Below are positions 37,931-49,419 of a stretch of 64,000 bases of DNA, one piece after another. Where the stretch lies: positions 1-64,000 of the forward strand of contig JASFLY010000008.1 of NCBI GenBank assembly GCA_050117845.1. Direction: 5' to 3'. The notes below the pieces were generated by a model. The model worked only from the letters and a program-made list of their open reading frames with translations. It was not told the origin of the DNA and did no database searches. The stretch is from Candidatus Zixiibacteriota bacterium (GTDB taxonomy: Bacteria > RBG-13-66-14 > B26-G2 > WVWN01). Each line of letters opens with the position of its first letter. The stretch's first letter is position 1. The translations under genes and the position numbers were made by a program.

Positions 37931-38932
37931 TTAACCGACGCCGAACACGTAGTGGCCTATGTAGAAACAGATGGCGCTTATTATCGCCGCCCCGGGGATC
38001 GTTAAAAACCAGGTGATGACTATCTTGCGGGCCAGTGCCCAGCGGACGGCGTTGATGTTGGAGGTCGCGCCCACGCCCATGATGCCGGTCGCGATGACCT
38101 GGGTGGTGCTGATGGGGGCGCCGAGCCAGGAGTTGACGAATATGACCAAGGCCGACGCGGTCTCGGCGCTGAAGCCGTGAACCGGCTGCAGGCGGACCAT
38201 TTGCGTGCCCATGGTTTTGATGATGCGCCACCCGCCGATTTGCGTCCCCAGACCCATGAAAAGCGCCGAGCCCAGTATGACCCAAACCGGAACGGCGAAG
38301 TCGGCCTGGATACCGGCTATCACGAGCGCCGCCGTTATCACGCCCATCGCGTTTTGGGTGTCGTTGGAGCCGTGGGTAAACGCCATGGCCGCGGCCGAGA
38401 ATATCTGCGAGACGCGGAAGAACTTGTGGGCCTTCCGCGGCACCGCCCGGCGTGAGAGCCACATCACCCCCACCATGAAGAGGTACCCCACGACGAAGCC
38501 GGCGATGGGCGAGAGGACCATCGCCAGGACTACTTTTTTTATGCCGCCCCATTGCCAGACGCCGACGCCGTACGAGGCGGCGGCCGCGCCCATAAGGCCG
38601 CCCACCATGGCGTGTGTGATGCTTATCGGTATCCCGAGGTAAGAGCACGCCGCGGACCACGTTATGGCGCCGATGAGGGCGAAGAGGAGGATCCAGAGAT
38701 TGATTTCGGCCGGGTCGACGATGCCCTTGCCGATGGTCTTGGCGACGGCGGTCGTGAGGAACGCGCCCAACGTATTGAAGGCGGCGGCCATGAGGATCGC
38801 CTGCCAGGGCTTGAGGGCGCGAGTCGAGACCGTGGTCGCGATGGCGTTGGCGCAATCGTTTACGCCGTTAACGAAATCGTACGCCCAGGCCAGGACAATT
38901 ATTACGCCGAGGAGGATATAGGTTTCGAGCAT
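37931..38932 (-). CDS. Inorganic phosphate transporter, PiT family
   Basis: NGVNDCANAIAT, PISITH, HGSNDTQ, PISTT. Confidence 0.93.
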   Translation of the reverse strand: MLETYILLGVIIVLAWAYDFVNGVNDCANAIATTVSTRALKPWQAILMAAAFNTLGAFLTTAVAKTIGKGIVDPAEINLWILLFALIGAITWSAACSYLGIPISITHAMVGGLMGAAAASYGVGVWQWGGIKKVVLAMVLSPIAGFVVGYLFMVGVMWLSRRAVPRKAHKFFRVSQIFSAAAMAFTHGSNDTQNAMGVITAALVIAGIQADFAVPVWVILGSALFMGLGTQIGGWRIIKTMGTQMVRLQPVHGFSAETASALVIFVNSWLGAPISTTQVIATGIMGVGATSNINAVRWALARKIVITWFLTIPGAAIISAICFYIGHYVFGVG

Positions 38933-38962
38933 CCGTTTTGGTTATTAATATAAAGGGAAGGG

Positions 38963-39592
38963 TTAGGCGTTTTTTACGATAACGCCGTCGACGATGTTGG
39001 CCACGTCCTCGCAGCGGTCCGTGGCGCCCTCCAGTACCTCGAGAATTTCTTTGTATTTAATTATCGTAACCGGGTCCTTCTCGCTGTTGAGGAGGTTGGC
39101 CAGGGCGTTGCGGCAGAGGTGGTCCGCCTCTTCCTCGATGCGGTTGATTTCGAGGAGGTGGGGTTTGACGTCGGGGAATCGCCGCAGACTTCGGACGGCC
39201 TTCTCCACGTTCTTGGTCGCCTCCAGGATAAGCTCGGCCACGACTATGACTTCGTGGCGGAGGCCGTCCAGTTCGTAGAGGCTGATTTTATGGCCGGCGA
39301 CCTCGATGTAGTCGATTATCTCGTCCAGCGCGCAGGCGAGGGCGTGAATGTCGCCGCGTTCGATAGGCGTCACGAAGGAACGGTTGAGCGTGTCGATTAT
39401 GCCGTGGGTGACGTCGTCGCCGCGGTGCTCAAGCGCCTTTATCTTGCGCGCGGTATGGGCGGCGTTGGGGATGTCCTTCACGAGGTTCGTAAGCTCGGCC
39501 GCGGTCTCGACGGACAGCGACGCGAGTTCGGTGAACATGTCGAAGAACTGCTCCTCGCGCGGCACGATTTTAAAGAGTCTAAAACGCATCAT
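38963..39592 (-). CDS. DUF47 (PhoU-like) phosphate transport regulator
   Basis: EHRGD, SFVTPIERGDI, LEGATDRCEDVA; lies upstream of the PiT gene. Confidence 0.9.
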   Translation of the reverse strand: MMRFRLFKIVPREEQFFDMFTELASLSVETAAELTNLVKDIPNAAHTARKIKALEHRGDDVTHGIIDTLNRSFVTPIERGDIHALACALDEIIDYIEVAGHKISLYELDGLRHEVIVVAELILEATKNVEKAVRSLRRFPDVKPHLLEINRIEEEADHLCRNALANLLNSEKDPVTIIKYKEILEVLEGATDRCEDVANIVDGVIVKNA

Positions 39593-39609
39593 GGGACCCC
39601 GGTAATGGG

Positions 39610-40146
39610 TTAGAGAAGATGGCCGGCTTCCAATTCGCGGTAGAGCTTGCGGAAGCGGTCGCACACGAACTTCCGTTTAAGCCGGGAAAGGTGGTCGATG
39701 AACAGGACGCCGTTGAGGTGGTCGATCTCGTGCTGGAGCGCCCGGGCGGCCATGCCCTCGGCCTCGAATTCCCGTTCCCGGCCCTTGGTGTCCACGTAGC
39801 GGACGACGACCCGCGACGGCCGGGCCAGCGGCGCGGCGACCGACAGGAGGCTCAGGCAACCTTCCTCCTCCGTCTCGGTTTCCTTGGAGCACTCGACTAT
39901 CTCGGGGTTGAGTAGTACGGTGTCGGCGCCTTCGGGCAGGATGGAGGGGTGGATGATGATAATGCGTTTCAGGACGCCGATTTGCGGCGCGGCCAGGCCG
40001 GCGCCGCGGTGGGCGATCATGACCTGGGCCATCGCCTCGACGACGCGGGCTTCGTCGGGGCCGAACGCCTCGACGAGGGCCGATTTCTCACGCAAGACTT
40101 CGTCGTCCAGGTAGCACAGCTTCCGTTTTACTTCTTCTTCATCCAC
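39610..40146 (-). CDS. def: Peptide deformylase
   Basis: GAGLAAPQIG, EGCLS, QHEIDHLNG. Confidence 0.96.
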   Translation of the reverse strand: MDEEEVKRKLCYLDDEVLREKSALVEAFGPDEARVVEAMAQVMIAHRGAGLAAPQIGVLKRIIIIHPSILPEGADTVLLNPEIVECSKETETEEEGCLSLLSVAAPLARPSRVVVRYVDTKGREREFEAEGMAARALQHEIDHLNGVLFIDHLSRLKRKFVCDRFRKLYRELEAGHLL

Positions 40147-40213
40147 CGTTGCCGAAGGATAGCACGCCCCCGCCGGGGGGTCAAGGCGTAACGTTTGGGG
40201 CCGGCGGGACGGT

Positions 40214-41035
40214 TCAGGGGAGGAGTTCCAGCCGGTCGAGGCGGAACTCCCGGCGGCCTTCGCTCTCGTGGCAGTACGCGACCACGTAGCATTTACCGCC
40301 GCGGGCTTTGAATTTGAGGGGTGTTATGGAGCGCTCGGTCTCGCCCCGGCTTCCCCGATAGCGCACCGGCCGGCTCTCCCCGGCGGCGGCCGCCCACTCC
40401 AGCGCGACCACGGCCGCGGCGTCCACGTCCGGCGAGGCCGGCATGCCCCGCGAGAGTAGCGCCAGGTCGCCCACGGTCTCGGCCTCGCGCCGTTCCCGGG
40501 CGGCCTCGAGAAACGTCAGGAGGAACTGGCTCTCCACCGCGACGTCGCCGAGCGAGCGATGGGGCGCGGGGTTGGAGACGGCGAACGCGTCCGCGAGGCG
40601 GCCCAGGCTGTGGCTGCGCTGTTCGGGGTAGAAGTGGCGGGCCAGGCCCAGGAGGTCGACGGTGGCGCTGGGCACCGGCGGCAGACCGAGTTCGGCCGCC
40701 GCGGCCACGACGAACGACATGTCGAAGGGGAGGTTATGGGCGACGAGGACCGCGTCGCCGGCGTAGTCCAGAAAAGCGGGGAAGGCCTCGGCGAGGGGGG
40801 GCTCGCCGTAAAGGTCGCCGTCCGTGAGGCCGTGGACGGCGGTCGCCTCCGCGGGCACCGGGACGCCGGGGTTCACCAGCGTCAGGAAGTGGCCGGTGGG
40901 CCGGCCGCCCCGGAGCGTCAAGGCGCCTATCTCGACGATGCGGGCGCCGCGCGCGGGTTTGAGGCCCGTGGTCTCGAAGTCGAAGACGACGAAGGTCGCC
41001 TCGGCCAGCGGCGTGTCGTACGGCGCGGAGGGCAT
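40214..41035 (-). CDS. DEDDh 3'-5' exonuclease (DnaQ-like) with C-terminal WYL domain
   Basis: DFETTG, AHNLPFD and HRSLGD; C-terminal Y......ERSITP...YVVAYCH....REFRLDRL. Confidence 0.85.
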   Translation of the reverse strand: MPSAPYDTPLAEATFVVFDFETTGLKPARGARIVEIGALTLRGGRPTGHFLTLVNPGVPVPAEATAVHGLTDGDLYGEPPLAEAFPAFLDYAGDAVLVAHNLPFDMSFVVAAAAELGLPPVPSATVDLLGLARHFYPEQRSHSLGRLADAFAVSNPAPHRSLGDVAVESQFLLTFLEAARERREAETVGDLALLSRGMPASPDVDAAAVVALEWAAAAGESRPVRYRGSRGETERSITPLKFKARGGKCYVVAYCHESEGRREFRLDRLELLP

Positions 41036-41036
41036 A

Positions 41037-41061
41037 AAAAAGGCCCGGCGGAACCGGGCCT
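41037..41061 (-). terminator. gyrB terminator
   Basis: aggcccgg-N5-ccgggcct followed by a T-run on the minus strand. Confidence 0.7.
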
Positions 41062-41074
41062 GCTCGGGAGTTAT

Positions 41075-43234
<2,160 letters not shown>

Positions 43235-43398
43235 CTACTTTGTCGTATTATTTGCTTCGAGGCGTTTTTATTACGGAATTATAAGATATTTACGGTGAAA
43301 AAGCAATTAAAAAGCCGGCGAAACCCGGCCGAATTGCGCGCCGTAATTTACTGATAATATTATATTAATGGAGACTCGCGTATTCCGCGGGAGGGCGT

Positions 43399-44511
43399 TT
43401 ACGGGGCTGGGGGCCGCGGGGCCGTTTCGGCGCCCCGGATCCGGCCTTCGGATATATTTATCGTGACGTCAGGTTTTAGCCACGGGGGGATTGTGGTCGC
43501 CGTGAACCAGGTCTGGCCGGCCCCGGCGAGGACCCGACCCAACCGTTCCCGGCGGCCGGAGTCGAGTTCGGAGCCGACGTCGTCGAGGAGGAGGAGCGGC
43601 GGGTCGTCTCCCCGTTCCCGGGCCTGGAGGCGGTACTGGGCCACGCGGAGCGAGAGGGCCGCCGTCCGTTGCTGGCCTTCGCTCGCGAAGCGCCGGGCGT
43701 CCCGCCCCTTGACGGCTAACGCCAGGTCGTCGCGGTGGGGGCCGACGAGCGTCAGGCCCCGGCGCCGCTCGTCGTCGCGGCGGCGGCCCAACTCCTCGTG
43801 GTACGCGGCGGCGACGTCCTCATCGTCGCCCTCGGCCGGAACGCCCGGCTCGTACGACACGTCGAAGGCTTCCTCCTGGGGCGCGAGGTCGCGGTAGGCC
43901 GCGGCGGCGGCCGGCCCCAGCGTCGCGGCCCCGCGGGCCCGAAGGCCCGTCAGGTGCGCGCCCGCCGCAACGAGCTCGTGGTCGAAGGGCTCTACCTCGG
44001 CCGAGGGGGCCCCCCGGGCCAACAGCGCGTTGCGTGAGCGGAGGACCGCCGTGTAGCGCTGCAGCGTGAACAGATAGTCCCGGCTCTGCTGGCCCAGCCA
44101 TACGTCCAGGAAGCGGCGCCGCGCGGACGGGTCGCCCTTGACGAGACCTAGGTCCCCGGGCGAGAAAGAGACGACCGCCAGCGTGCCGACGTAATCGATA
44201 AGGCGGCCGAAGGTTTCGCCGTTGACGGCCACGCGCTTGCGGCCGCCGTCGTATTCGAGCTCAAAGGTGCGTTCGCCGTCGGGGGCGCCCGCTTCCGCGC
44301 GGACGGCGAGGGCGTCCTCGCCCCGGCGGACGAGGTCGCGGTCGCGGCTGGTGCGGAAGGACCGGCCCAGCGCGAGGAAGAAGAGGGCTTCGAGGAGGTT
44401 GGTCTTACCGGCGCCGTTGGGGCCGGTTATCAAAATCAAACCGGGCGGCGCCTCGACGGTCGCCTCCCGGTAATTGCGGAAATTTTTTAAGTATAGCTCG
44501 GTAACGAACAA
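43399..44511 (-). CDS. recF: DNA replication and repair protein RecF
   Basis: NFRNY, GPNGAGKTN, GPHRDD, ASEGQQR, LLLDDV.SELD. Confidence 0.96.
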   Translation of the reverse strand: MFVTELYLKNFRNYREATVEAPPGLILITGPNGAGKTNLLEALFFLALGRSFRTSRDRDLVRRGEDALAVRAEAGAPDGERTFELEYDGGRKRVAVNGETFGRLIDYVGTLAVVSFSPGDLGLVKGDPSARRRFLDVWLGQQSRDYLFTLQRYTAVLRSRNALLARGAPSAEVEPFDHELVAAGAHLTGLRARGAATLGPAAAAAYRDLAPQEEAFDVSYEPGVPAEGDDEDVAAAYHEELGRRRDDERRRGLTLVGPHRDDLALAVKGRDARRFASEGQQRTAALSLRVAQYRLQARERGDDPPLLLLDDVGSELDSGRRERLGRVLAGAGQTWFTATTIPPWLKPDVTINISEGRIRGAETAPRPPAP

Positions 44512-44531
44512 CCCGGCTCACCGGCCCGCCG

Positions 44532-45626
44532 TTATAGCTTTATCGGCATCAGGATGCAGTAGTGGTTCTCGTCGCCGCTGCCGCGGAACGCCCCCTGCTT
44601 GGCCGGGTCGTTGAGCTGGTAGATTATGTCGTCGCCCTCGAGGGTGGCCGCGATTTCGTGGACGAAGGCCGGGTTGTAGCTAACCTTGAACTCCTCCCCC
44701 TCGTAGATGCAGGGGAGCGGTTCGCGGGCCTCGCCGACCTCGGCCGTCTTGGCCTCGACCTCGAGTTGGTTCTTGCCGACGGTCATGATGATCTGACGGT
44801 TGTTATCGTCGCACATCAGCGCCATACGGTCGACGACGTCGAGGAAAAGACTCCGGGCCACACGCACTTCCTTCTCGAAGGATTGCGGCACGACCTCGCG
44901 GTAGGGCGGGAACTTGCCCTCGGCCTGGCGGGTGACGAAGCGGAAGCGGCCGCAGTCGAAGGAGATGTGATTCTCGCCGAACGCTATCTCCACCGGGTCC
45001 TCGGCGTCCAGCACCTTGGACAGCTCGCCCGCCGCCTTGCTGGGCAGGATAACGTCCACAACGCCGCCTATCTCTATCTCGGTCTTGAGGGAGGTATAGG
45101 CCAGGCGGTAGCCGTCGGTGGCGACGAAGCGGACCTCGTTGCCCTCGGCCTGGATGCAGATGCCGTTGAGCGCGTAGCGCGTGACGTCCTCGGCCGCGGC
45201 GAAGAGCGTTTTCTTGATGAGGCTCTTGAGCGTGTCCTGTCCGAGCGTCAGCGTGTGCTCGGGCGCGACCTCCGGGAATACCGGGTAGTCGGAGGCGTCG
45301 AGGCCCATGAGTTTGAACGTGGCCCGGCCGCCCTTGACGGTGGCCTGCGTGCCCTCGACCGATACCTCTACCTCGTCGGCGTCGAGGTGGCGCGCTATCT
45401 CGACGAAACGTCTCGCCGGCAGCGTTAGCGACCCTTTGTCGGCCACGTCGGCGGCGACCCGCGTCCGGGCCCAGAGGTCGATATTGGTCCCGGTCAATTC
45501 GACGCCGTCGGCTTCGGCGACGAAGAGGAGGTTTCCTAAAATGGCGAGAGTGCTTTTGGGCGGGACGGCGCTTTGGGCGATGCCCAGGGCGTCCACCAAT
45601 TCCTTGCGGTCACAGCTAAACTTCAC
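44532..45626 (-). CDS. dnaN: DNA polymerase III beta sliding clamp
   Basis: 364 aa; VATDGYRL, GKFPPY, C-terminal ILMPIKL; GGAGG RBS. Confidence 0.96.
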   Translation of the reverse strand: MKFSCDRKELVDALGIAQSAVPPKSTLAILGNLLFVAEADGVELTGTNIDLWARTRVAADVADKGSLTLPARRFVEIARHLDADEVEVSVEGTQATVKGGRATFKLMGLDASDYPVFPEVAPEHTLTLGQDTLKSLIKKTLFAAAEDVTRYALNGICIQAEGNEVRFVATDGYRLAYTSLKTEIEIGGVVDVILPSKAAGELSKVLDAEDPVEIAFGENHISFDCGRFRFVTRQAEGKFPPYREVVPQSFEKEVRVARSLFLDVVDRMALMCDDNNRQIIMTVGKNQLEVEAKTAEVGEAREPLPCIYEGEEFKVSYNPAFVHEIAATLEGDDIIYQLNDPAKQGAFRGSGDENHYCILMPIKL

Positions 45627-45719
45627 CGTGGCCTCCCATCGGATATTGAAAGGATTAACGCGTACGTCGGATTGACTGAAAATACTAACACTTATCCGCT
45701 TCTATTGTCAAACGAATTG

Positions 45720-46589
45720 TTAAGGTTTCGCGCCGTGGAGTACCGCGGCCGTGAGGTCGTCCACGGCTTTGGTCAGCGCCTCGGTCACGTCGTCGTCCCG
45801 CTCCACCTTCAAGCGGCCCCTCAGCGCGTCCATGGCCCGCATATCGCCGATGGCCGCGAGGCTCTCCGCCGCGGCGATTCGGATCTCCGGCTTCTTGTGG
45901 TCCAGAGCCTCGCACAGCGGCCGCACCGCCCGGTCGTCCGTGACGACGCCCAGCGCCTCCGCCGCCGCGAGACGGACCTTCCACTTCTTGTCCTCCGTGA
46001 GACGCGCTATAAGGGGCTCGACCGCGGCCCGGTCGCCGTAGGCCGCCGCCGCGGCGCAGGCCCGAACGCGGACCTCCTCGGCCTCGTCGCCCAACGCGTC
46101 GAGCAGCGGCCGGAAGGCCGCGTCATCCCGCAGGCGCCCCAGCGCGTAGGCGGCGGTCGCCCGGCGCCGCGACTTCTTGTCGCCGGACAGGACCTCGACC
46201 AGTCGCTCTCTGAGCGCATCCGATTTAAACGGAAGTAACGCGTCGGCGGCGGCCCAACGCACGTCGTCGTCCCCCAGGACGGTCAGGAAGCTCGCGGCCG
46301 CGCGGGAGTCGCCGGTACTCTCCAGCGCCCGAATCGCCGCCACGCGGACGGCCGCGTTCAGGCCGTCGTTCTCGACGGCGCCGGACAGCGCCGCGAACGC
46401 GACCTCGCTGCCCTCGAGTCGGGCCAGGGCCCCCGCCGCCTCGACGGCGTACGCGGTGTCGTCGCTCGTAAGGGCCGCGGCCAGCCGGTCGGCCCCCCAG
46501 CTCGGGTCGGGCGGGCCCCCCTGTCCCCAGGCCGCCGTTGCCCCTAATACCCCGAAAAATATAGTCGTTACGCGTTTCACTTCCATCAC
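45720..46589 (-). CDS. Exported HEAT/PBS-lyase repeat protein
   Basis: Repeated VR.AAA.ALG...D.RA..PL...L.D units; N-terminal signal-like segment. Confidence 0.82.
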   Translation of the reverse strand: MMEVKRVTTIFFGVLGATAAWGQGGPPDPSWGADRLAAALTSDDTAYAVEAAGALARLEGSEVAFAALSGAVENDGLNAAVRVAAIRALESTGDSRAAASFLTVLGDDDVRWAAADALLPFKSDALRERLVEVLSGDKKSRRRATAAYALGRLRDDAAFRPLLDALGDEAEEVRVRACAAAAAYGDRAAVEPLIARLTEDKKWKVRLAAAEALGVVTDDRAVRPLCEALDHKKPEIRIAAAESLAAIGDMRAMDALRGRLKVERDDDVTEALTKAVDDLTAAVLHGAKP

Positions 46590-46733
46590 CGGCCGCATTG
46601 TGGCAATATTTCGCGTTCAAGTCAAGCGGAACGTGGCCCCGGCGGTTTTTATGGGAAATCGGCGCTGGCCGCGCGGGGCCTGATGTCGTATAATATTAAT
46701 ATTGAAACCCGTACGGCCCGGAAAGGAGCGACA

Positions 46734-47630
46734 ATGACCCCTAAAAACGACCTCGAAAAGAGGCTGCATCCGCACCTTTCGTTCATACTGAAGTACCGGC
46801 CTCCCGATATGAAGAGGGGCGCGCCGCGGCCCAAGGAGCCCACGCCCCGGGGGCCGGACATGGTCCGCGCCGCCCGGGCGATAAGCAAGGCCGTGGCCGC
46901 GGGGGACCTGTCCTACCGCGAGGCGGCCGAGTACCTCGCCGCCCACGAGAACGCCGGCGTCCGCTTCGTCGGCGCGATAGTACTGGCGCTGGGCGGCCCC
47001 GTCGAGGCGTGGAAGTGGCACGTTGACCTGGCCGCGCTCCTCGCCGACGATGATAACTGGGAGGTGCGGGAGGCCGCCGTCTCCGCGCTACGGCCCCTCG
47101 TCGAGACGGATTACGGCCGGGCGGTGAAGCTGTTCCGTCGATGGGCCCGGGGTAAGAACGTCAACCTCCAGCGCGTCGTCGCGCTCGGCGTAATGGTCGC
47201 GAATAAGCGGCCGTGGCCCGGGCCGATCGGCGACGTCTTCGATATCCTGGAGCCCTTGATGGCCGTGCGGGCGGAGTACGTGCGAAAGAACCTGGGGCCC
47301 TTCGCCATCGGCTCGAGCATAGGCCGGCACTACCCGGGTGAAACCGTGGCCTTCCTCAAACGGATGATGCGGGCCCAGGAGGAACAGACCCGCTGGAACG
47401 TCGCGATGGCGTTCAACCAGTCCTTCGGCGTCCACAATCCGGAACTGGCGCTGCCGTTTCTGGAGAAGCTCGCCGCGGACGAGAGCAAGTACGTCCGCAC
47501 GGCGGCGGCGTCCTCTTTGCGGAACATAGGCCGGCGTCACCGGCGGCTGGTCAAACCCCTACTGAAAAAGTGGGCCGGCGACCCGAAGCGCCGGGAAGTG
47601 GCGGAGCGCGTAACCAAATTCTTAAAATAA
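46734..47630 (+). CDS. HEAT-repeat protein, DNA alkylation repair (AlkD-like) family possible
   Basis: DDNWEVRE, EYVRKNLGPF, DESKYVR.AAASSLR; AAGGAG RBS. Confidence 0.65.
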   Translation: MTPKNDLEKRLHPHLSFILKYRPPDMKRGAPRPKEPTPRGPDMVRAARAISKAVAAGDLSYREAAEYLAAHENAGVRFVGAIVLALGGPVEAWKWHVDLAALLADDDNWEVREAAVSALRPLVETDYGRAVKLFRRWARGKNVNLQRVVALGVMVANKRPWPGPIGDVFDILEPLMAVRAEYVRKNLGPFAIGSSIGRHYPGETVAFLKRMMRAQEEQTRWNVAMAFNQSFGVHNPELALPFLEKLAADESKYVRTAAASSLRNIGRRHRRLVKPLLKKWAGDPKRREVAERVTKFLK

Positions 47631-47648
47631 ATAAACGTCCAATATCCG

Positions 47649-47677
47649 AACGCCGCCCCCTCGGGCGGCGTTTTTTT
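47649..47677 (+). terminator. Intrinsic terminator
   Basis: aacgccgccc-cctc-gggcggcgtt followed by a T-run. Confidence 0.75.
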
Positions 47678-47709
47678 ACGAAAATACGAAAATAAATAAA
47701 AATAATCCA

Positions 47710-47750
47710 CGCATATGCTTGACGGCAGTTCGCATATGGTGCTATATAAT
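47710..47750 (+). promoter_or_regulatory. Sigma70 promoter overlapped by two CGCATATG boxes
   Basis: TTGACG at 47719 and TGcTATATAAT at 47740-47750; cgcatatg at 47710 and 47731. Confidence 0.55.
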
Positions 47751-47770
47751 TAGGAGAAGGAGGCAACGCG

Positions 47771-48754
47771 ATGGGAACGGATAAAATACGACGTTTGTTG
47801 CTTGCGGCCGCGGCCGGGGCGTTGTTGGCGTCCGCCGCCGCGGCGTCATCTTACAATTACGAAGGAAAATGGCAGGAGTATTTGGGAGTGGCCGATTGGG
47901 AATTCGAGATAGGACCCATTTCCGGGGATGATTCCAAGGTAGCGGTGCCTTATATTTGCGCGTCGAGTATCGCGGCGATAGATGTTGGATGCAGGTTATT
48001 CGACGCGAACGGTGCCTATCTCGGTTATTGTAAATATTTTTTAAGCTCGTACGATCATTACGAAAACGGCGGGATTTACGGGTGCGCTGCGGTAGGCGAA
48101 GGCGCGGTAACGACCTTCACCGTGCATTATTACGATTTGAGCGAGGAAATATATAAAACCGAAAGCCATTTATCGTACGGTCCGAACCCAAGTTGGGATA
48201 TTAAGGAGGACGGGTGGGGCCGCTTCAAAGCCCTGGCGCGGACTCCCGACGGCCAGAGTTTCTATTGCTACCGGTTATATTCCGGCGATTACAGGATATG
48301 TAAAATGACGGTCGCCGGGACCGTAACGAGTTATTTCACGCCTTTGGCCGTGCCGGACGATATGGCGGTGGACGCCTCGGGTAATATATATGGTTTATCG
48401 GGGGGGTGGGTATTTAAATACGACGCTAGCGGTTCTTTAATAACGTCGTGGGATACTCCGGTCACGCTTAACGACGTATGCGTCGACGCTAACGACCGGA
48501 TATTGGGTTTCTCGAATAGTAATATGTACACGTACGTCTTTAGCGACGCGGGTTCCCTCTTGGGCAGCTTCACCGCGCCGTACGAGTCTATCACAAGGCA
48601 CGGCAGTACCGGTCCGGACGGGAAATATTTCGTCGCATGTGAAGCCTGGGATCAGGAGATTTTTATATGTTTCGTTGAGATGTACCGGTTCGCCCCCGTT
48701 CCGACCAACATCGTCCCTACTAGTTTGGGTAAAATAAAGGCCATGTACCAGTAA
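47771..48754 (+). CDS. Secreted beta-propeller-like protein with C-terminal tag (IVPTSLGKIKAMYQ)
   Basis: Signal peptide; NHL-like PDDMAVDASGNIY and DVCVDANDRI; shared tail. Confidence 0.8.
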   Translation: MGTDKIRRLLLAAAAGALLASAAAASSYNYEGKWQEYLGVADWEFEIGPISGDDSKVAVPYICASSIAAIDVGCRLFDANGAYLGYCKYFLSSYDHYENGGIYGCAAVGEGAVTTFTVHYYDLSEEIYKTESHLSYGPNPSWDIKEDGWGRFKALARTPDGQSFYCYRLYSGDYRICKMTVAGTVTSYFTPLAVPDDMAVDASGNIYGLSGGWVFKYDASGSLITSWDTPVTLNDVCVDANDRILGFSNSNMYTYVFSDAGSLLGSFTAPYESITRHGSTGPDGKYFVACEAWDQEIFICFVEMYRFAPVPTNIVPTSLGKIKAMYQ

Positions 48755-48796
48755 GGGAGGGTAACGGCCTGACGCCGCCCTTCGGGGCGGCGTTTT

Positions 48797-49417
48797 TTAT
48801 TCCTCGGCCGGTCTCGCTTTTCGCCTCTCCCGGGCCAGGTGCCACCACCGCTTAACGTAGGCCGTGGAATAGAACCTTCCCGAGACGACGCATATCCCGA
48901 CGAGTACGCCCCAGGCCGCGCCGCCCAGGACGTCCCCGGGGTAGTGCACGCCGACGTATATGCGGGAGTAGCAAACCAGCAGCGCCACGCCGAAGAGCGC
49001 CGCGCCGACGCGCTTATATTCCGTGAAGACGACGAAGGCGAAGGCGAACGTGTTGGCGGCGTGGGCCGAGGGGAAGGCGGGGGAGTTCGCCTGGTGCGGC
49101 AACAGCAGGCGCACCGTCTCGAGGGCGAAGGGCGGCCGGACCCGGCCGAAGAGCGGCTTGAGGAGGCGGGCCGTCGTGACGTCGACCAGCGCCACCGCCA
49201 CCGCCCCGGCGATGACGCAGTATATGCCGGCGCGCCGGTACCGCGCGGGAAGGTATATCGCCGCCAGCGCCGAGACGCCGATGTAGAAAAACTTGTGCGT
49301 GATTATAAGGAAGACGCCGTCGAGGTAGGGGCAGGCCAGCGTCTGGTTGAAAAAGGCGAACAGCGCCCGGTCTATTTCGCCGAGAACGCCCCAGTCGATG
49401 CCGGCGAGGAAGTCCAC
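48797..49417 (-). CDS. PAP2-family phosphatase (polyprenyl-pyrophosphate phosphatase-like)
   Basis: KPLFGRVRP, FPSAHA, SRIYVGVHYPGDV. Confidence 0.92.
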   Translation of the reverse strand: MDFLAGIDWGVLGEIDRALFAFFNQTLACPYLDGVFLIITHKFFYIGVSALAAIYLPARYRRAGIYCVIAGAVAVALVDVTTARLLKPLFGRVRPPFALETVRLLLPHQANSPAFPSAHAANTFAFAFVVFTEYKRVGAALFGVALLVCYSRIYVGVHYPGDVLGGAAWGVLVGICVVSGRFYSTAYVKRWWHLARERRKARPAEE

Positions 49418-49419
49418 GG

